Source: Dehalococcoidia bacterium | GTDB taxonomy: Bacteria > Chloroflexota > Dehalococcoidia > Lucifugimonadales > UBA3495 | Assembly (NCBI GenBank): GCA_963667675.1 | Contig: OY763929.1 | Location: 1,721,399-1,785,398, forward strand | Length of the DNA stretch: 64,000 bases | Direction: 5' to 3' | Shown here: positions 13,109-23,348 of the stretch, in pieces | How positions within the stretch are numbered: the first letter of the stretch is position 1 | Layout: every line of letters starts with the position of its first letter | Program-made: the position numbers and the translations under genes | The notes under the pieces: model-generated | Database searches by the model: none | Told to the model about the DNA's origin: nothing | The model's input: only the letters and a program-made list of their open reading frames with translations

Positions 13109-13557
13109 CTGCCCTGAAGCTCCTCCACCCTTCCCTTGGCTGCCTCTATCTTCTCTCGGGCCGAACGCGTAAACTTGTGCGCCGCGACTGTCAGCGGCTT
13201 GCTGACCTCTCCGTCACCGACGATTTTCACCGGCCGCTTCAGGTTCCGCAAAAATCCCCGCTGCCTGAGCAACTCCGGCGTTACGCTTTCCCCCTCCGAG
13301 AACTCGTCAAGAGATCCTATTTTCACTAGCGAGTATTCAGTCTTGAAGTTGTTGGTGAACCCCCGCTTCATCGGCAGGCCCTTGGTCAGCGGCAACTGCC
13401 CGCCCTCGAACCCTACCCTGGGACCTCGTCCCGAACGAGACTTCTGGCCCTTCATTCCACGTCCCGCGGTGCTTCCCTGGCCCGCTGCGTCTCCCCGGCC
13501 TACTCTCTTTCGTCGTTTCCTGGCGCCCTTCGCGGGCGCCAACTGGTGTTCCATCAT
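13105..13557 (-). CDS. rplO: 50S ribosomal protein L15
   Basis: KRVGRG, GRGMKGQKSRSG, GFEGGQLPL; start placed at ATG 13557 rather than the ORF-track start. Confidence 0.95.
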   Translation of the reverse strand: MMEHQLAPAKGARKRRKRVGRGDAAGQGSTAGRGMKGQKSRSGRGPRVGFEGGQLPLTKGLPMKRGFTNNFKTEYSLVKIGSLDEFSEGESVTPELLRQRGFLRNLKRPVKIVGDGEVSKPLTVAAHKFTRSAREKIEAAKGRVEELQGR

Positions 13558-13574
13558 AGCGTCTGCACCCTCGG

Positions 13575-13769
13575 TCAGCCCTTTCCTTCCACTTGTTCTA
13601 CGGAAACCAGGTGGCTCACCTTGTTCACCATCCCCCGGATGGCAGGCGTATCGTCGTGCACCACCGAATGGTGCAGCCGCCGCAGCCCCAAAGAAGTTAT
13701 TACCCGCCGCTGCGACTCGGGCTTCCCGATACAGCTTTTCGTCCAAGTGATTTTCAACTGTGTGGCCAA
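13575..13769 (-). CDS. rpmD: 50S ribosomal protein L30
   Basis: LKITWTKS.IG, LGLRRLHHSV, PAIRGMVNKVSHLV. Confidence 0.95.
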   Translation of the reverse strand: MATQLKITWTKSCIGKPESQRRVITSLGLRRLHHSVVHDDTPAIRGMVNKVSHLVSVEQVEGKG

Positions 13770-13823
13770 TGCGTACCTGCTTGTCTCTTGCCTGCCTGAG
13801 GCCCGAATAAGACCGGTGGTTAT

Positions 13824-14360
13824 CTACCCTGTGTTCTCCACCCCGTCCCGGCGGCCCCGTCCTCGCTGCGCCATCTCCCCTTCAGGGTCTCGAAGCTGCT
13901 TCAGCGCTTCCATGGTCGCATACACAATGTTTATCGGATTCCTCGAACCCAGGGTCTTGCCCACCACGTCTCTAACCCCGCCAAGCTCAAGCATCGCCCG
14001 CATGGCCCCCGCCGCAATCACGCCGGTGCCTTCTCTTGCCGGCTTGATTAGAACTATCGTGGCGCCCTTCTTCACCGTGATTTGCTGCGGAATCGTGCTC
14101 CCACGCAACGGGATTTGGATCATGTTCCGCCTTGCTATGGCGTTGCCTTTCCTCACCGCATCGGGAATCACCAGCGCCTTTCCCAGTCCCGCTCCCACCT
14201 GGCCTTCCCTGTCTCCTACTACCACCAGGGCGTTGAACCGGAGCCGTCGGCCGCCCTTGACCACCTTGGCGATGCGCCGGGTGTACACCACCCGTTCCGT
14301 CATCCCCCCGGCGTCCTCCTCTCGTTGCCGGCCCTGGCCTCTATCGAACGCCGTAACCAT
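13824..14360 (-). CDS. rpsE: 30S ribosomal protein S5
   Basis: KVVKGGRRLRFNALVVVGD, GTGVIAAG, GSRNPIN; ATG 14360 preceded by an AAGGAG RBS. Confidence 0.95.
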   Translation of the reverse strand: MVTAFDRGQGRQREEDAGGMTERVVYTRRIAKVVKGGRRLRFNALVVVGDREGQVGAGLGKALVIPDAVRKGNAIARRNMIQIPLRGSTIPQQITVKKGATIVLIKPAREGTGVIAAGAMRAMLELGGVRDVVGKTLGSRNPINIVYATMEALKQLRDPEGEMAQRGRGRRDGVENTG

Positions 14361-14420
14361 CGGTAGACCGCTCCTTCCCTCGTTGCCAATCAAATCGCGG
14401 ACCGTGTCGCGAATCTTCTA

Positions 14421-14788
14421 TCAAAACTCCAGTCCCCCTTCTCGTGAAGCCTCCGCCAGGGCCTTCACCCGGCCATGGTACTTGTACCCCCCCGGTCGAA
14501 AACCACCTGTGATATTCCATTGGCAATGGCCCGTTCCGCCAGCAACTTCCCAACAGCCTGCGCCGCCGAGACTTTTCCAGAGTCTTTGGCTCCCGCTTCA
14601 GCCGCCGCCTCGTTGCTGGACGCCGCCGCCAGCGTGTGGCCGTTGGTGTCGTCAATCACCTGCGCATAGATTTGCCGCAGGCTCCTGAATACGCACAGTC
14701 TAGGCCGATGCGGACTGCCTTTGACCTTCCGCCTCACCCTGGCGTGCCGTACAATTCTCAGCTTGCGCCCGTCCTTGTCTCTGGGCAT
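14421..14788 (-). CDS. rplR: 50S ribosomal protein L18 with apparent 1-nt frameshift in a G7 run
   Basis: [24 protein letters not shown], then [21 protein letters not shown] in another frame; homopolymer at 14487-14493. Confidence 0.93.
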
Positions 14789-14790
14789 GA

Positions 14791-15336
14791 CTACGCCTTC
14801 CGCCCTGCCGCCTTGCCCGGCTTGAAATGCAGTACCTCGTCGTGATACTTGATGCCCTTCTCTTTGTAGGCATTGGGCGGCCTTACCTTCCGCACCTTGG
14901 CGGCCAGGCTACCCACCTTCTGCTTGTCAATACCCCGGACGTGCACCCGGTTGTTTCCCTCAACCTCCATGCTCACCCCTTCCTCCGGGTGAATCTCCAC
15001 CGGGTGGCTATATCCCACGTTCAAAATAATCCCGTCTCCCGCTTGCTGGACCCTGTAGCCCACACCCATGAGCTCCAGCGTCTTGGTGTATCCCTCAGTC
15101 ACTCCGGTGATGGCGTTAGACACCAGGCTTCGGGTCAGACCGTGCAGCGAATGATGGAACTTCCTGGCCGATAGCCGCTCCACGACCACCGCGCCGTCCT
15201 CGACCTTCACCGACACTTCCGGATGGTACATCTGCGTCAGCGTCCCGCCCGGCCCTTTGACCGTGACCTCTCCGTACCCCACATTTACCTCCACTCCCTG
15301 TGGGATGGCTATGGGTTTGCGGCCGATGCGCGACAG
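14791..15336 (-). CDS. rplF: 50S ribosomal protein L6 (start uncertain: CTG 15336 or ATG 15381)
   Basis: [43 protein letters not shown]. Confidence 0.95.
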   Translation of the reverse strand: MSRIGRKPIAIPQGVEVNVGYGEVTVKGPGGTLTQMYHPEVSVKVEDGAVVVERLSARKFHHSLHGLTRSLVSNAITGVTEGYTKTLELMGVGYRVQQAGDGIILNVGYSHPVEIHPEEGVSMEVEGNNRVHVRGIDKQKVGSLAAKVRKVRPPNAYKEKGIKYHDEVLHFKPGKAAGRKA

Positions 15337-15370
15337 CGTCCGCTCTTTGCTCTTGCCGTTGATTCCGCCG

Positions 15371-15769
15371 TTACCAGACATAGCAGAGCAACTCTCCTCC
15401 AATACCCTCTCGCCAGGCCTGGCGTCCGGGCATAAGCCCTTTAGACGTGGACAGAATGGCCAGTCCCAGGCCTCCGTACACCCGCGGTATCTCTCCCTTG
15501 CCCACGTATGTCCGCAGCCCTGGCTTGCTGACCCTCTTCAGTCCCGTAATCGCTGGCATACGGTCTTGCCTGTACGCCAGGTGCACCCGCAGTGTTGGAT
15601 GCACCCTGCCCCTCGGCATGTCATAGTCCCGGATGTATCCCTCATCCTTCAGAATCTTCGCTATCTCCAGCTTCAACTTGGAATGCGGCACCAGCACCGA
15701 TTCGTGTCGCATCTGGATAGCGTTGCGAATCCGCGTCAGCATATCTGCCACTGGGTCTGTTACCGGCAT
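15371..15769 (-). CDS. rpsH: 30S ribosomal protein S8
   Basis: DPVADMLTRIRNA, RVSKPGLR, STSKG, GGELLCYVW. Confidence 0.98.
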   Translation of the reverse strand: MPVTDPVADMLTRIRNAIQMRHESVLVPHSKLKLEIAKILKDEGYIRDYDMPRGRVHPTLRVHLAYRQDRMPAITGLKRVSKPGLRTYVGKGEIPRVYGGLGLAILSTSKGLMPGRQAWREGIGGELLCYVW

Positions 15770-15827
15770 GGTTCCATTATTCCTTTACTCGTCTTGGCCG
15801 CGCTCTTGTAGCGAACTGCCGTCCCCC

Positions 15828-16013
15828 TTACCAACTGGCCTTCCTTACCCCCGGCAACTCTCCGGTCAACGCCAACTCCCGGAAGCAGATTCGGCATATC
15901 CCAAAATGCCGGATGTACGCCCTCGGACGCCCGCAACGGTGGCATCTGCTGTGTTCCCTCACCGGAAACCTCTGCTTCCGCAACCACTTTTGTATTTTGG
16001 AAGACTTGGCCAA
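15828..16013 (-). CDS. rpsN: 30S ribosomal protein S14 (Zn-binding type)
   Basis: [34 protein letters not shown]. Confidence 0.97.
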   Translation of the reverse strand: MAKSSKIQKWLRKQRFPVREHSRCHRCGRPRAYIRHFGICRICFRELALTGELPGVRKASW

Positions 16014-16023
16014 GGCTCCTCCT

Positions 16024-16857
16024 CTACGCCTCCCTTACGAAGGGCATTCCGTACAGTTCCAGCAACCGTATCGCCTCTGCATCGTCCGGCGCGCTGGTTG
16101 TTATCGTCACTTGCAACCCCCGGATGCGGTCTATCTGGTTATAATCGATTTCCGGGAAGATGATTTGCTCCCTTATCCCGATTGAAAAGTTCCCTCTCCC
16201 GTCGAACCCCCGCCGGGGAATCCCGCGAAAGTCCCGGATGCGCGGCAGCGCAACGTTGATTAGCCGGTCCAGGAAATGGTACATCCTGTTCCCCCGCAGC
16301 GTCACTGCCGTTCCTATTGGATTGCCCTCCCTGACTTTGAAGCCTGCGATAGACTTCCTCGCCCGGGTGATGACCGGTTTCTGACCGCTGATCTCCGTAA
16401 GGTCTCGGGTAGCCCCATCCATCGCTCTTCCGTCTGTCAGTGCCTCGCCGACTCCGATGTTCAACACAATCTTGTTTATACGCGGCGCCCGCATCGGATT
16501 GTCATATCCGAATTCCCGCATTAACGCCGGCACTATTTCTTTCCGGTAGGTATCCAACAGCCGCGGTCTAGGGGGTGCATCCTCTGCAGCCGGCTCCGCT
16601 TCCGCAGTAGCCGCTGCCTGTTGTCGTTGCGACGTGCGCCCGCCGCTCCGGGCCGCCCGCTGCCGGCGCGGCGCCTTTTCTGCAGTCTGTTCCTTCTCGG
16701 CCTTCACGGCAGCTTCAACTCCGCTGTCGGCCGATGCCTCGGCCCCGGCTTCCGCCTCGGCTTTAGGCCTGGTCTGGCGGCGGGTCCTGCTCTGCCTCGC
16801 CGGCTTTGCCTCTGCCCCATTCTCCGTCCCTGGCTGGACCTCATCGGGCGTCATCAA
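16024..16857 (-). CDS. rplE: 50S ribosomal protein L5 with ~95-aa low-complexity N-terminal extension
   Basis: [47 protein letters not shown]. Confidence 0.96.
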   Translation of the reverse strand: MMTPDEVQPGTENGAEAKPARQSRTRRQTRPKAEAEAGAEASADSGVEAAVKAEKEQTAEKAPRRQRAARSGGRTSQRQQAAATAEAEPAAEDAPPRPRLLDTYRKEIVPALMREFGYDNPMRAPRINKIVLNIGVGEALTDGRAMDGATRDLTEISGQKPVITRARKSIAGFKVREGNPIGTAVTLRGNRMYHFLDRLINVALPRIRDFRGIPRRGFDGRGNFSIGIREQIIFPEIDYNQIDRIRGLQVTITTSAPDDAEAIRLLELYGMPFVREA

Positions 16858-17161
16858 TCACTTCCTTGCACTTGGGGCATCCTCTAACCCGGTCGCCGGT
16901 CTCCAACTTGACCGACGTCGGCTTCACCGGCTGATTGCACTTGTTGCAAATCAACACCACGTTGGAAATATGCACCGAGGCTTCTTGTTGAATCCGCCCA
17001 GACTGCCGCACTCCCGGTCTCGGCTTCATGTGCCGGGTAACCAAGTTCACTCCGTCGATCACTACCCGGCCTTCCTTGGGCAGCTGGCGGTCTACCCGGC
17101 CCGTCTTACCCTTTTCCTTGCCGGCTATCACCAGCACCGTATCCCCGTTTCTGATACGCAT
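16841..17161 (-). CDS. rplX: 50S ribosomal protein L24
   Basis: GDTVLVIAGKEKGKTG, EASVHISNV. Confidence 0.97.
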   Translation of the reverse strand: MRIRNGDTVLVIAGKEKGKTGRVDRQLPKEGRVVIDGVNLVTRHMKPRPGVRQSGRIQQEASVHISNVVLICNKCNQPVKPTSVKLETGDRVRGCPKCKEVIDDAR

Positions 17162-17529
17162 TAGACGACCTCTGGCGCCAGGGAAATGATTCGCATGAAT
17201 CCCTTTTCTCTCAATTCTCTGGCCACCGGCCCAAAAATCCGGGTCCCTCGCGGCAGACGGTTCTCCTGTATCAGCACCGCCGCATTATCGTCGAACTTTA
17301 TATACGTGCCGTCGGTACGCAGGTGCGGCTGCGCCTGCCGTATCACCACGGCGCGCACTACCTCTCCTTTACGCACCGGAGAGTTGGGGGCAGCCTCCCG
17401 CACGTTGCACACCACCACGTCGCCAATCCCGGCGAACTTCCGTTTGCTGCTCCCGGGAATGTTGATCAAGCGTATGACCTTGGCCCCGCTGTTGTCCGCT
17501 ACGTGCAGTCGTGTATAGGTCTGTATCAC
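17161..17529 (-). CDS. rplN: 50S ribosomal protein L14
   Basis: [34 protein letters not shown]. Confidence 0.98.
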   Translation of the reverse strand: MIQTYTRLHVADNSGAKVIRLINIPGSSKRKFAGIGDVVVCNVREAAPNSPVRKGEVVRAVVIRQAQPHLRTDGTYIKFDDNAAVLIQENRLPRGTRIFGPVARELREKGFMRIISLAPEVV

Positions 17530-18527
17530 TCTGCTGCACCCTTGCCTTTCCCGTCAGTCTCTTCGCCCCCGCCCTGCTCATCAGCAGCGCCGTCCCCCTC
17601 GGGCGTTTCCTCTCCAGGATCCCCTTCCGCCGCGACCTCGTCAACCTCCGGCTCTTCCACGGCTGTCTCTTCCACGACAGCCTCATCAACCGCCGGTCCT
17701 TCGGACTCCAACGCTTCCGGCTCCTCTATGGCCGTCTCTTCTGCAACGGCCTCGTCAACCGCCGGCTTCTGGGATTTTTCCCCTTTCGGTTCCTCCACGG
17801 CAACTTCTTCTACATCCGCTTCGTCAACCGTTGGCTCATCCGCAACAGCTTCCGGTTCTTCTGCGGCAGTTTCTTCCATGGCCGCTTCACCCACAGCAGG
17901 CTCCTCAGACTCCACCGTTTCCGACTCCTCCACGGCGGCCTCTTCTACAACGGCCTCGTCAACCGCCAGCGCCTCGGACTCCACCGCCTCCGGCTCATCT
18001 GCGGCGGTTTCTTCTGTCACGGCTTCGCCGACCTCTGGCCCCTGGGATTCTTCTCCGTCCGGTTCCTCCACGGCAGCCGCTTCGTCAACCGCTGGCTCTT
18101 CGGACTCTACCGCCTTGGGCTCCTCTACAGCAGTCTCTTCTACAGTCACTTCCTCAACGACTGCCTCGGCAACTGCTGTCTCGGCTACGACCGCCTCAGC
18201 CGCTACGGCTTCCTCGGCAACCGTTTCCTCAATTTCAGCATCGGCTTCCAAGTCCATCGGGCGCACGTCCGCTACTTGGCGCCGCTCCAATATCTCCAGC
18301 AACCGCCATCGCTTGGTCTTGGAGATTGGCCGCACTTCTTGAATCCGTATGGTGTCCCCCAACCGGCACTGGTTCAACGGGTCGTGCACGTGGAACCTCG
18401 CCACTCGGCGCACCTGCTTCCGGTACAGCCGGTGCCGTTGCTTCCACACCATCTCTACGACCACCGTCTTGTCAGCCGTGGCCCGCACTACGAAACCGGT
18501 CCGGACCTTCCGCATAGCCTTCGCCAT
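17526..18527 (-). CDS. rpsQ: 30S ribosomal protein S17 with ~240-aa acidic repetitive C-terminal tail
   Basis: G.VV....[29 protein letters not shown], then a Glu/Ala/Val-rich repeat. Confidence 0.95.
   Translation of the reverse strand: MAKAMRKVRTGFVVRATADKTVVVEMVWKQRHRLYRKQVRRVARFHVHDPLNQCRLGDTIRIQEVRPISKTKRWRLLEILERRQVADVRPMDLEADAEIEETVAEEAVAAEAVVAETAVAEAVVEEVTVEETAVEEPKAVESEEPAVDEAAAVEEPDGEESQGPEVGEAVTEETAADEPEAVESEALAVDEAVVEEAAVEESETVESEEPAVGEAAMEETAAEEPEAVADEPTVDEADVEEVAVEEPKGEKSQKPAVDEAVAEETAIEEPEALESEGPAVDEAVVEETAVEEPEVDEVAAEGDPGEETPEGDGAADEQGGGEETDGKGKGAAE
17640..18150 (-). repeat. Degenerate ~69-bp (23-aa) coding tandem repeat within the rpsQ tail, about 7 copies
   Basis: Units such as [69 protein letters not shown]. 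Confidence 0.85.
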
Positions 18528-18529
18528 CT

Positions 18530-18727
18530 CTAGTCCACCCTCAACCCGCGCTCGTTCATCACCGTCAACAGACGGGCGATAGACCTGCGCGTCATCCTTG
18601 GCAGATTAGAGTCCGGCAACTGGTTGGTGGCCGCCCTGAACCTCAGGTTCATAAAGTCCCTATAGCTCTTCACCAACTCTTCCCTTAGCTGCTCGTCCGT
18701 CAGTTCCCTTAACTCGTATGCCCGCAT
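18530..18727 (-). CDS. rpmC: 50S ribosomal protein L29
   Basis: ELRELTDEQL, MNLRFRAATNQL, RRSIARLLTV. Confidence 0.95.
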   Translation of the reverse strand: MRAYELRELTDEQLREELVKSYRDFMNLRFRAATNQLPDSNLPRMTRRSIARLLTVMNERGLRVD

Positions 18728-18739
18728 CCCGACGCCCCC

Positions 18740-19177
18740 TTAGGCTCCGGTCCCGGCGCCGGCCGTCAGCCGGTCCCGGTGTACCGTCTTGGTAGGAATC
18801 GGCAGCTTGTGCGACGCCAGGCGCAGCGCCGCTACGGCGTCCTGAGCTGGCACTCCCGCTACTTCGAACAGGATACGCCCCGGCTTTACCACTGCTACCC
18901 AATGGTCCACGCCGGACTTTCCCCCGCCCATGCGGGTCTCCGCCGGCTTCTTGGTCACCGGTTTGTCCGGAAACACCCGCACCCAGACCTGGCCGCCCCT
19001 TCTCAGTCGGCGTGTCACCGCCACTCGGGCCGCCTCGATTTGGCGCGATGTTATCCAATCAGCCCCCAATGCCTTAAGTCCAAATTCCCCGAAGTTCACC
19101 GTAGACCCGGTCGTCGCAGTTCCCTTGCGCCGGCCCCGGCCTATCTTCCGGAATTTGGTTCTCTTAGGTTGCAGCAT
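18740..19177 (-). CDS. rplP: 50S ribosomal protein L16
   Basis: [37 protein letters not shown]. Confidence 0.98.
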   Translation of the reverse strand: MLQPKRTKFRKIGRGRRKGTATTGSTVNFGEFGLKALGADWITSRQIEAARVAVTRRLRRGGQVWVRVFPDKPVTKKPAETRMGGGKSGVDHWVAVVKPGRILFEVAGVPAQDAVAALRLASHKLPIPTKTVHRDRLTAGAGTGA

Positions 19178-19225
19178 CCCTAGCTCCTCTGGCCCTAGGC
19201 CCGGCTCCCGTGACCCTCTTCATCT

Positions 19226-19963
19226 TTAGAAGTCGTCCTCTACCAGTTCCACCTCTTCCAGCGGGGCGTCCGCCTGTACCGTCACCTCAATAGACTCCAA
19301 CTCCTCCACTTCCTCCGGCGGCGGCGGCAGAATCTCTCCCATGTAAACCCAGGTCTTAACTCCAATGCGTCCCATTGCGGTGCTCGCCTCGGCCACACCG
19401 TAGTCGATGTCGGCCCTCAGGGTGTGCAACGGCACCTGGCCCATCATCAACTTCTCTACACGGGCAATTTCAGACCCGGAGATTCGTCCTTTGACGATAA
19501 TTTTCACGCCCTGGGCTCCACCCTGCATTGCCCGCTGCGCCGCCTGCCTCATCGCTCGCCGATAGGCCACACGACGCTCCAGTTGGTCCGCTATGTTCCT
19601 TGAAACCAGATATGCGTCTATCTCCGGCTGCCCGATTTCTATGATGTTCAACTGGACCTTGCGGTCGGTTATGCTTTCCAGCCGGGCCCGCAGTTGCTTC
19701 ACCCGCTCCCCGTCCCGACCGATCAGGATTCCCGGCCTGGCCGAGTGTATGTTGATTACACTGTCCTGTGCCCCCCGGTCTATTTCTACCCTGGAAATAC
19801 CGGCATCCGAGAACGCCTCATATTCCTTCTTGATGCTGTCCCTCAACTTCAGGTCTTCCAGCACCAGGTTCCGGTAGGACGACCCATTGGACGCATACCA
19901 GTGGGCCTTCCAGTCCTTGACTATCCCCAGTCTGAACCCGTACGGGTGGGTCTTCTGGCCCAT
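19226..19963 (-). CDS. rpsC: 30S ribosomal protein S3
   Basis: MGQKTHPYGFRLG, ARPGILIG, VPLHTLRADIDY. Confidence 0.98.
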   Translation of the reverse strand: MGQKTHPYGFRLGIVKDWKAHWYASNGSSYRNLVLEDLKLRDSIKKEYEAFSDAGISRVEIDRGAQDSVINIHSARPGILIGRDGERVKQLRARLESITDRKVQLNIIEIGQPEIDAYLVSRNIADQLERRVAYRRAMRQAAQRAMQGGAQGVKIIVKGRISGSEIARVEKLMMGQVPLHTLRADIDYGVAEASTAMGRIGVKTWVYMGEILPPPPEEVEELESIEVTVQADAPLEEVELVEDDF

Positions 19964-19966
19964 GCC

Positions 19967-20308
19967 TTATGCCTCCTCTTCGTCTACCACTACGGTAACG
20001 TGGCTGGAACGCTTGGTGATTCGTCCCATCCTGCCACGCGCCCGTGGTCGGAAGCGCTTCAATGGCGTCGCGTTGTCCGCCGTGATTTGCACAATCCGCA
20101 GCGAGTCCCGGTCCATGAACATGTTGTTCTCCGCATTTGCCGCCGCCGATTGCACCACTTTGGCCACCGTCTTGGCCCACGGCGACGGTAGTAGTTGCAG
20201 CGTGTTCACCGCGTCTGAGACCCGCTGGCCCCGCACCAGGTCCAAGATCGGCTTAAGCCTCTTCTGCGAGGCCCCTATTCTCTTTGCCACTGCGCGTACG
20301 GGAGGCAC
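19967..20308 (-). CDS. rplV: 50S ribosomal protein L22
   Basis: SAAANAENN, LKRFRPRARGR, KRSSHVTVVV. Confidence 0.97.
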   Translation of the reverse strand: MPPVRAVAKRIGASQKRLKPILDLVRGQRVSDAVNTLQLLPSPWAKTVAKVVQSAAANAENNMFMDRDSLRIVQITADNATPLKRFRPRARGRMGRITKRSSHVTVVVDEEEA

Positions 20309-20312
20309 TGCC

Positions 20313-20597
20313 TTACCTCGTCCTCGAAGAACGTTCCGTCCGGCCCACGTGTCCGCGGTAGGTCCGCGTCGGAGAAAATTCTCCCAAGCGGTGCCCTACC
20401 ATATTCTCCGTGATGAACACCGGCACGTGCCGCCGTCCGTCGTGGACTCCTATCGTCAGTCCCACCATTTCCGGCATGATCATCGACGCCCGCGACCAAG
20501 TCCTGATCACCGTCTTGGCCCCGGACCGCTGCACCGCCTCCACTTTTTTCATCAGCTTAGGGTGCACGTATGGCCCCTTCTTCACCGAACGGGACAT
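20313..20597 (-). CDS. rpsS: 30S ribosomal protein S19
   Basis: [30 protein letters not shown]. Confidence 0.98.
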   Translation of the reverse strand: MSRSVKKGPYVHPKLMKKVEAVQRSGAKTVIRTWSRASMIMPEMVGLTIGVHDGRRHVPVFITENMVGHRLGEFSPTRTYRGHVGRTERSSRTR

Positions 20598-20599
20598 CC

Positions 20600-21433
20600 T
20601 TACCTTCTCCTGCCCCTGCGCATGATGAACTTGCTGCTGCTCTTGTTCTTCCGCCTGGTCTTATATCCAAGCGTCGGCTTGCCCCAGGGCGACTTGGGCC
20701 CCGGCATCCCTACCGGCGACCGGCCCTCTCCTCCTCCGTGGGGATGGTCCACCGGGTTCTTGGCCACGCCTCGTACCTTCGGTCGCCTTCCCAGGTGCCG
20801 CTTGGCCCCGGCCTTCCCCAGGCTTTCGTTCTTGTGGTCCGGGTTGGACAGTTGCCCCACGCTGGCCCGGCATTCCAGCAACAGCCGCCGCATCTCTCCC
20901 GACGGCAGCCGCACCAGCACGTATTCTCCTTCTCGCGACAGCACCTGCGCTCCGACTCCGGCCCCCCGGGCCAACTGACCGCCTCGTCCGGGGGTCAACT
21001 CCAGGTTGTGTACCACGGTTCCAGTGGGAATCGACCGCAGGGGCAGACAATTGCCTGGATGTATCTCCGCCCCGGTCCCCGACTGCACCCTGTCTCCCAC
21101 CGACAGGTCCAGCGGCGCCAGGATATACGACTTCTCGCCGTCCACGTAGTGAATCAACGCAATGCGAGTCGTCCGGTTCGGGTCGTACTCTATCGACACC
21201 ACCTTGGCTGGTACGCCGTCCTTCATCCGCTTGAAGTCTATGATGCGGTACATCCTCTTGGACCCGCCGCCTCGGCTCCGCGTCGTTATTCGGCCGCGGT
21301 TGTTCCGGCCTCCACGGCCGGGCAGCGGCGACAACAGCGACTTCTCCGGCTTCCGCGCCGTCAATTCCTCAAACGACGACCGCACCGCATTCCGAGTCCC
21401 CGGCGTAACCGGCCTCAGGTTCTTTAGCGGCAT
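20600..21433 (-). CDS. rplB: 50S ribosomal protein L2
   Basis: [29 protein letters not shown]. Confidence 0.98.
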   Translation of the reverse strand: MPLKNLRPVTPGTRNAVRSSFEELTARKPEKSLLSPLPGRGGRNNRGRITTRSRGGGSKRMYRIIDFKRMKDGVPAKVVSIEYDPNRTTRIALIHYVDGEKSYILAPLDLSVGDRVQSGTGAEIHPGNCLPLRSIPTGTVVHNLELTPGRGGQLARGAGVGAQVLSREGEYVLVRLPSGEMRRLLLECRASVGQLSNPDHKNESLGKAGAKRHLGRRPKVRGVAKNPVDHPHGGGEGRSPVGMPGPKSPWGKPTLGYKTRRKNKSSSKFIMRRGRRR

Positions 21434-21476
21434 GACCGCCGACCTCGGTTTACTCTATTTCCCATCCTGACTGCCA

Positions 21477-21761
21477 TTACAGCCCTTCTATTAGATTGAT
21501 GCGGTCTCCCGCTTTCAAAGTGACCACCGCCTTCTTCAGGTCGGGTCTCTTTGAAAGCCGCGGGCCGTACCGTTTTCGCTTCCCGTGGGTCTTGGTGATG
21601 TTCACGTCCAGGACCGTGACGTTGAAATTCTTCTCTATCGCCGCCTTAATCTCCACCTTGTTGGCCCTGGGTTCCACCTGGAAAGTGTACTTCCCTGACT
21701 CCTGAAGAAGCGTGCTTTTCTCCGTAATCGCCGGCTTCACCAGCACTTGGTTGATGTTCAT
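21477..21761 (-). CDS. rplW: 50S ribosomal protein L23
   Basis: P.ITEKS, ANKVEIKAAIE, KKAVVTL. Confidence 0.97.
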   Translation of the reverse strand: MNINQVLVKPAITEKSTLLQESGKYTFQVEPRANKVEIKAAIEKNFNVTVLDVNITKTHGKRKRYGPRLSKRPDLKKAVVTLKAGDRINLIEGL

Positions 21762-22648
21762 TGCTGGGCCTCTTCATCAGCGTCGTCCGCCCCAGCTTGC
21801 TCTTCAGGGGCCGCCTCAGATGCATCTCCCACGGCCTCTTCATCCACCGGGGTCTCTACCGCCTCATCGGCGGCTCCTCCAGCATCTTCGGTGGTCTCCT
21901 CAGTGGCCTGCTCCGCTCTGGCTTCTTCTACCGAGGCTTCCGGCGCAACCTGTTCCGATGCCGGTTCTTCGGCCTCGTCGTCATCCGGCGTTTCTTCCAC
22001 CGCAGCGCCGACCCTTCGCCGTACCGGGGCCGACAGGAACTCCTCCGCCCAGCGCGCCGCATCTACCGTCATAATCACGGTCTCCCTGCGCAGCAACTCG
22101 TGGGCGTTCAGCAGGTTCACCGGCAGCGTCCACACCTTTCCCAGGTTGTGCGCCGCCCGTACTACGTTCTCTTCCGGGTCCAGGGTCACCATCAAAGCCG
22201 ACCCCGACACTTCCAAGTTCTGCAGCAGTTCGGCCATCGACTTGGTCTTGCCGTCAACCCCGTCCCAGCTTTCCAGGCAGATTAGCCGTTCTTGCCGCGC
22301 CTTGTCCGACAGCACGCACTTCAACGCCTGCCTCCGCATCCGCCGCGGAAGGGCCTTCCGGTAATCTCGCGGCTTGGGCCCGAACACGATCCCTCCGTGC
22401 CTCCACTGGGGAGACCGTATGCTCCCTTGCCTTGCCCTGCCGGTATGCTTCTGGATCCACGGCTTGCGGCCGCCTCCGGAAACCTCGGCCCTAGTCTTGG
22501 TGCTGTGCGTCCCCTGGCGCTTGTTCGTCTGGTATATCACCAGTGCCTGGTGCACCAGCGAGGGGTTCATGGGCACGTTGAACACCGCATCATTCAAATT
22601 GATGGTGTCCACTGTGTCCCCGTCTCTGTTTCTTACTGGAATGTTCAT
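21758..22648 (-). CDS. rplD: 50S ribosomal protein L4 with acidic C-terminal extension
   Basis: RQGTHSTKTRAEVSGGGRKPW.QK.TGRARQGSIRSPQWR.GG. Confidence 0.97.
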   Translation of the reverse strand: MNIPVRNRDGDTVDTINLNDAVFNVPMNPSLVHQALVIYQTNKRQGTHSTKTRAEVSGGGRKPWIQKHTGRARQGSIRSPQWRHGGIVFGPKPRDYRKALPRRMRRQALKCVLSDKARQERLICLESWDGVDGKTKSMAELLQNLEVSGSALMVTLDPEENVVRAAHNLGKVWTLPVNLLNAHELLRRETVIMTVDAARWAEEFLSAPVRRRVGAAVEETPDDDEAEEPASEQVAPEASVEEARAEQATEETTEDAGGAADEAVETPVDEEAVGDASEAAPEEQAGADDADEEAQQ

Positions 22649-22664
22649 ACTTTCAGCCGGCCTG

Positions 22665-23294
22665 CTATCGGCCCGTCTGACTCTTCTTTCTTCTGATTTG
22701 CAGCAGCCCGTTGGGCGCTCCCGGAACGCCGCCCTTCACCAGCAACAGGTTCCGGTCCGGGTCTACTCGCACCACTTTCAGGCCCTTGGCCGTAATCCGC
22801 CGGTTTCCCATGTGTCCGGCCATCTTCAGTCCCTTGAACACCTTGCCCGGCGTCGTCCCGCCACCGATAGACCCCGGAGCTCGAGCGCGGTCTGACTGGC
22901 CGTGCGTCCTCGGGCCTCCGCCAAATCCGTGCCTCTTCATCGTTCCGGCAAATCCCCGGCCCCTGGAACGCCCGATGACGTCCAGCACCTCTCCCGGTTC
23001 GAAGATATCCACGCCGATTCTCTGGCCAACCTCAAACTCGCTGGCGTCGTCCGCCTGTACTTCTCTGAGGTACCGGCAGGTTCCGTTGCCCTTCAAGTGC
23101 CCGGCCTCCGGCTTGTTCAGCCGCTTGCTCTCTCCGAAGCCCAGTTGCACCGCCTCGTACCCGTCCTTCTCCCGGGTCTTCACTTGCGTCACGATGCACG
23201 GGCCGGCCTGGATTACCGTCACCGGCACCACCCGGCCGTCCTCCTCGAACACCTGCGTCATCCCGACTTTTTTGCCTAGAAATCCCTGTATCAT
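22665..23294 (-). CDS. rplC: 50S ribosomal protein L3
   Basis: [39 protein letters not shown]. Confidence 0.98.
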   Translation of the reverse strand: MIQGFLGKKVGMTQVFEEDGRVVPVTVIQAGPCIVTQVKTREKDGYEAVQLGFGESKRLNKPEAGHLKGNGTCRYLREVQADDASEFEVGQRIGVDIFEPGEVLDVIGRSRGRGFAGTMKRHGFGGGPRTHGQSDRARAPGSIGGGTTPGKVFKGLKMAGHMGNRRITAKGLKVVRVDPDRNLLLVKGGVPGAPNGLLQIRRKKSQTGR

Positions 23295-23348
23295 TCCCGG
23301 TTCCCGCTTGCTGTATCCTCAGCCCCCGCGCGCATCACAACTTGCCCG

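Noticed and set aside
13105-13746. 213-aa ORF-track version of rplO
   Set aside because: The N-terminal part overlaps rpmD in another frame; L15 homology starts at ATG 13557
14421-14788. rplR as a true pseudogene
   Set aside because: Essential gene, otherwise conserved in both frames; a single-base homopolymer error is more parsimonious
17323-18533. Long + strand ORFs (339 and 340 aa) antisense to rpsQ
   Set aside because: Shadow frames of the low-complexity repeat tail; no independent coding signal
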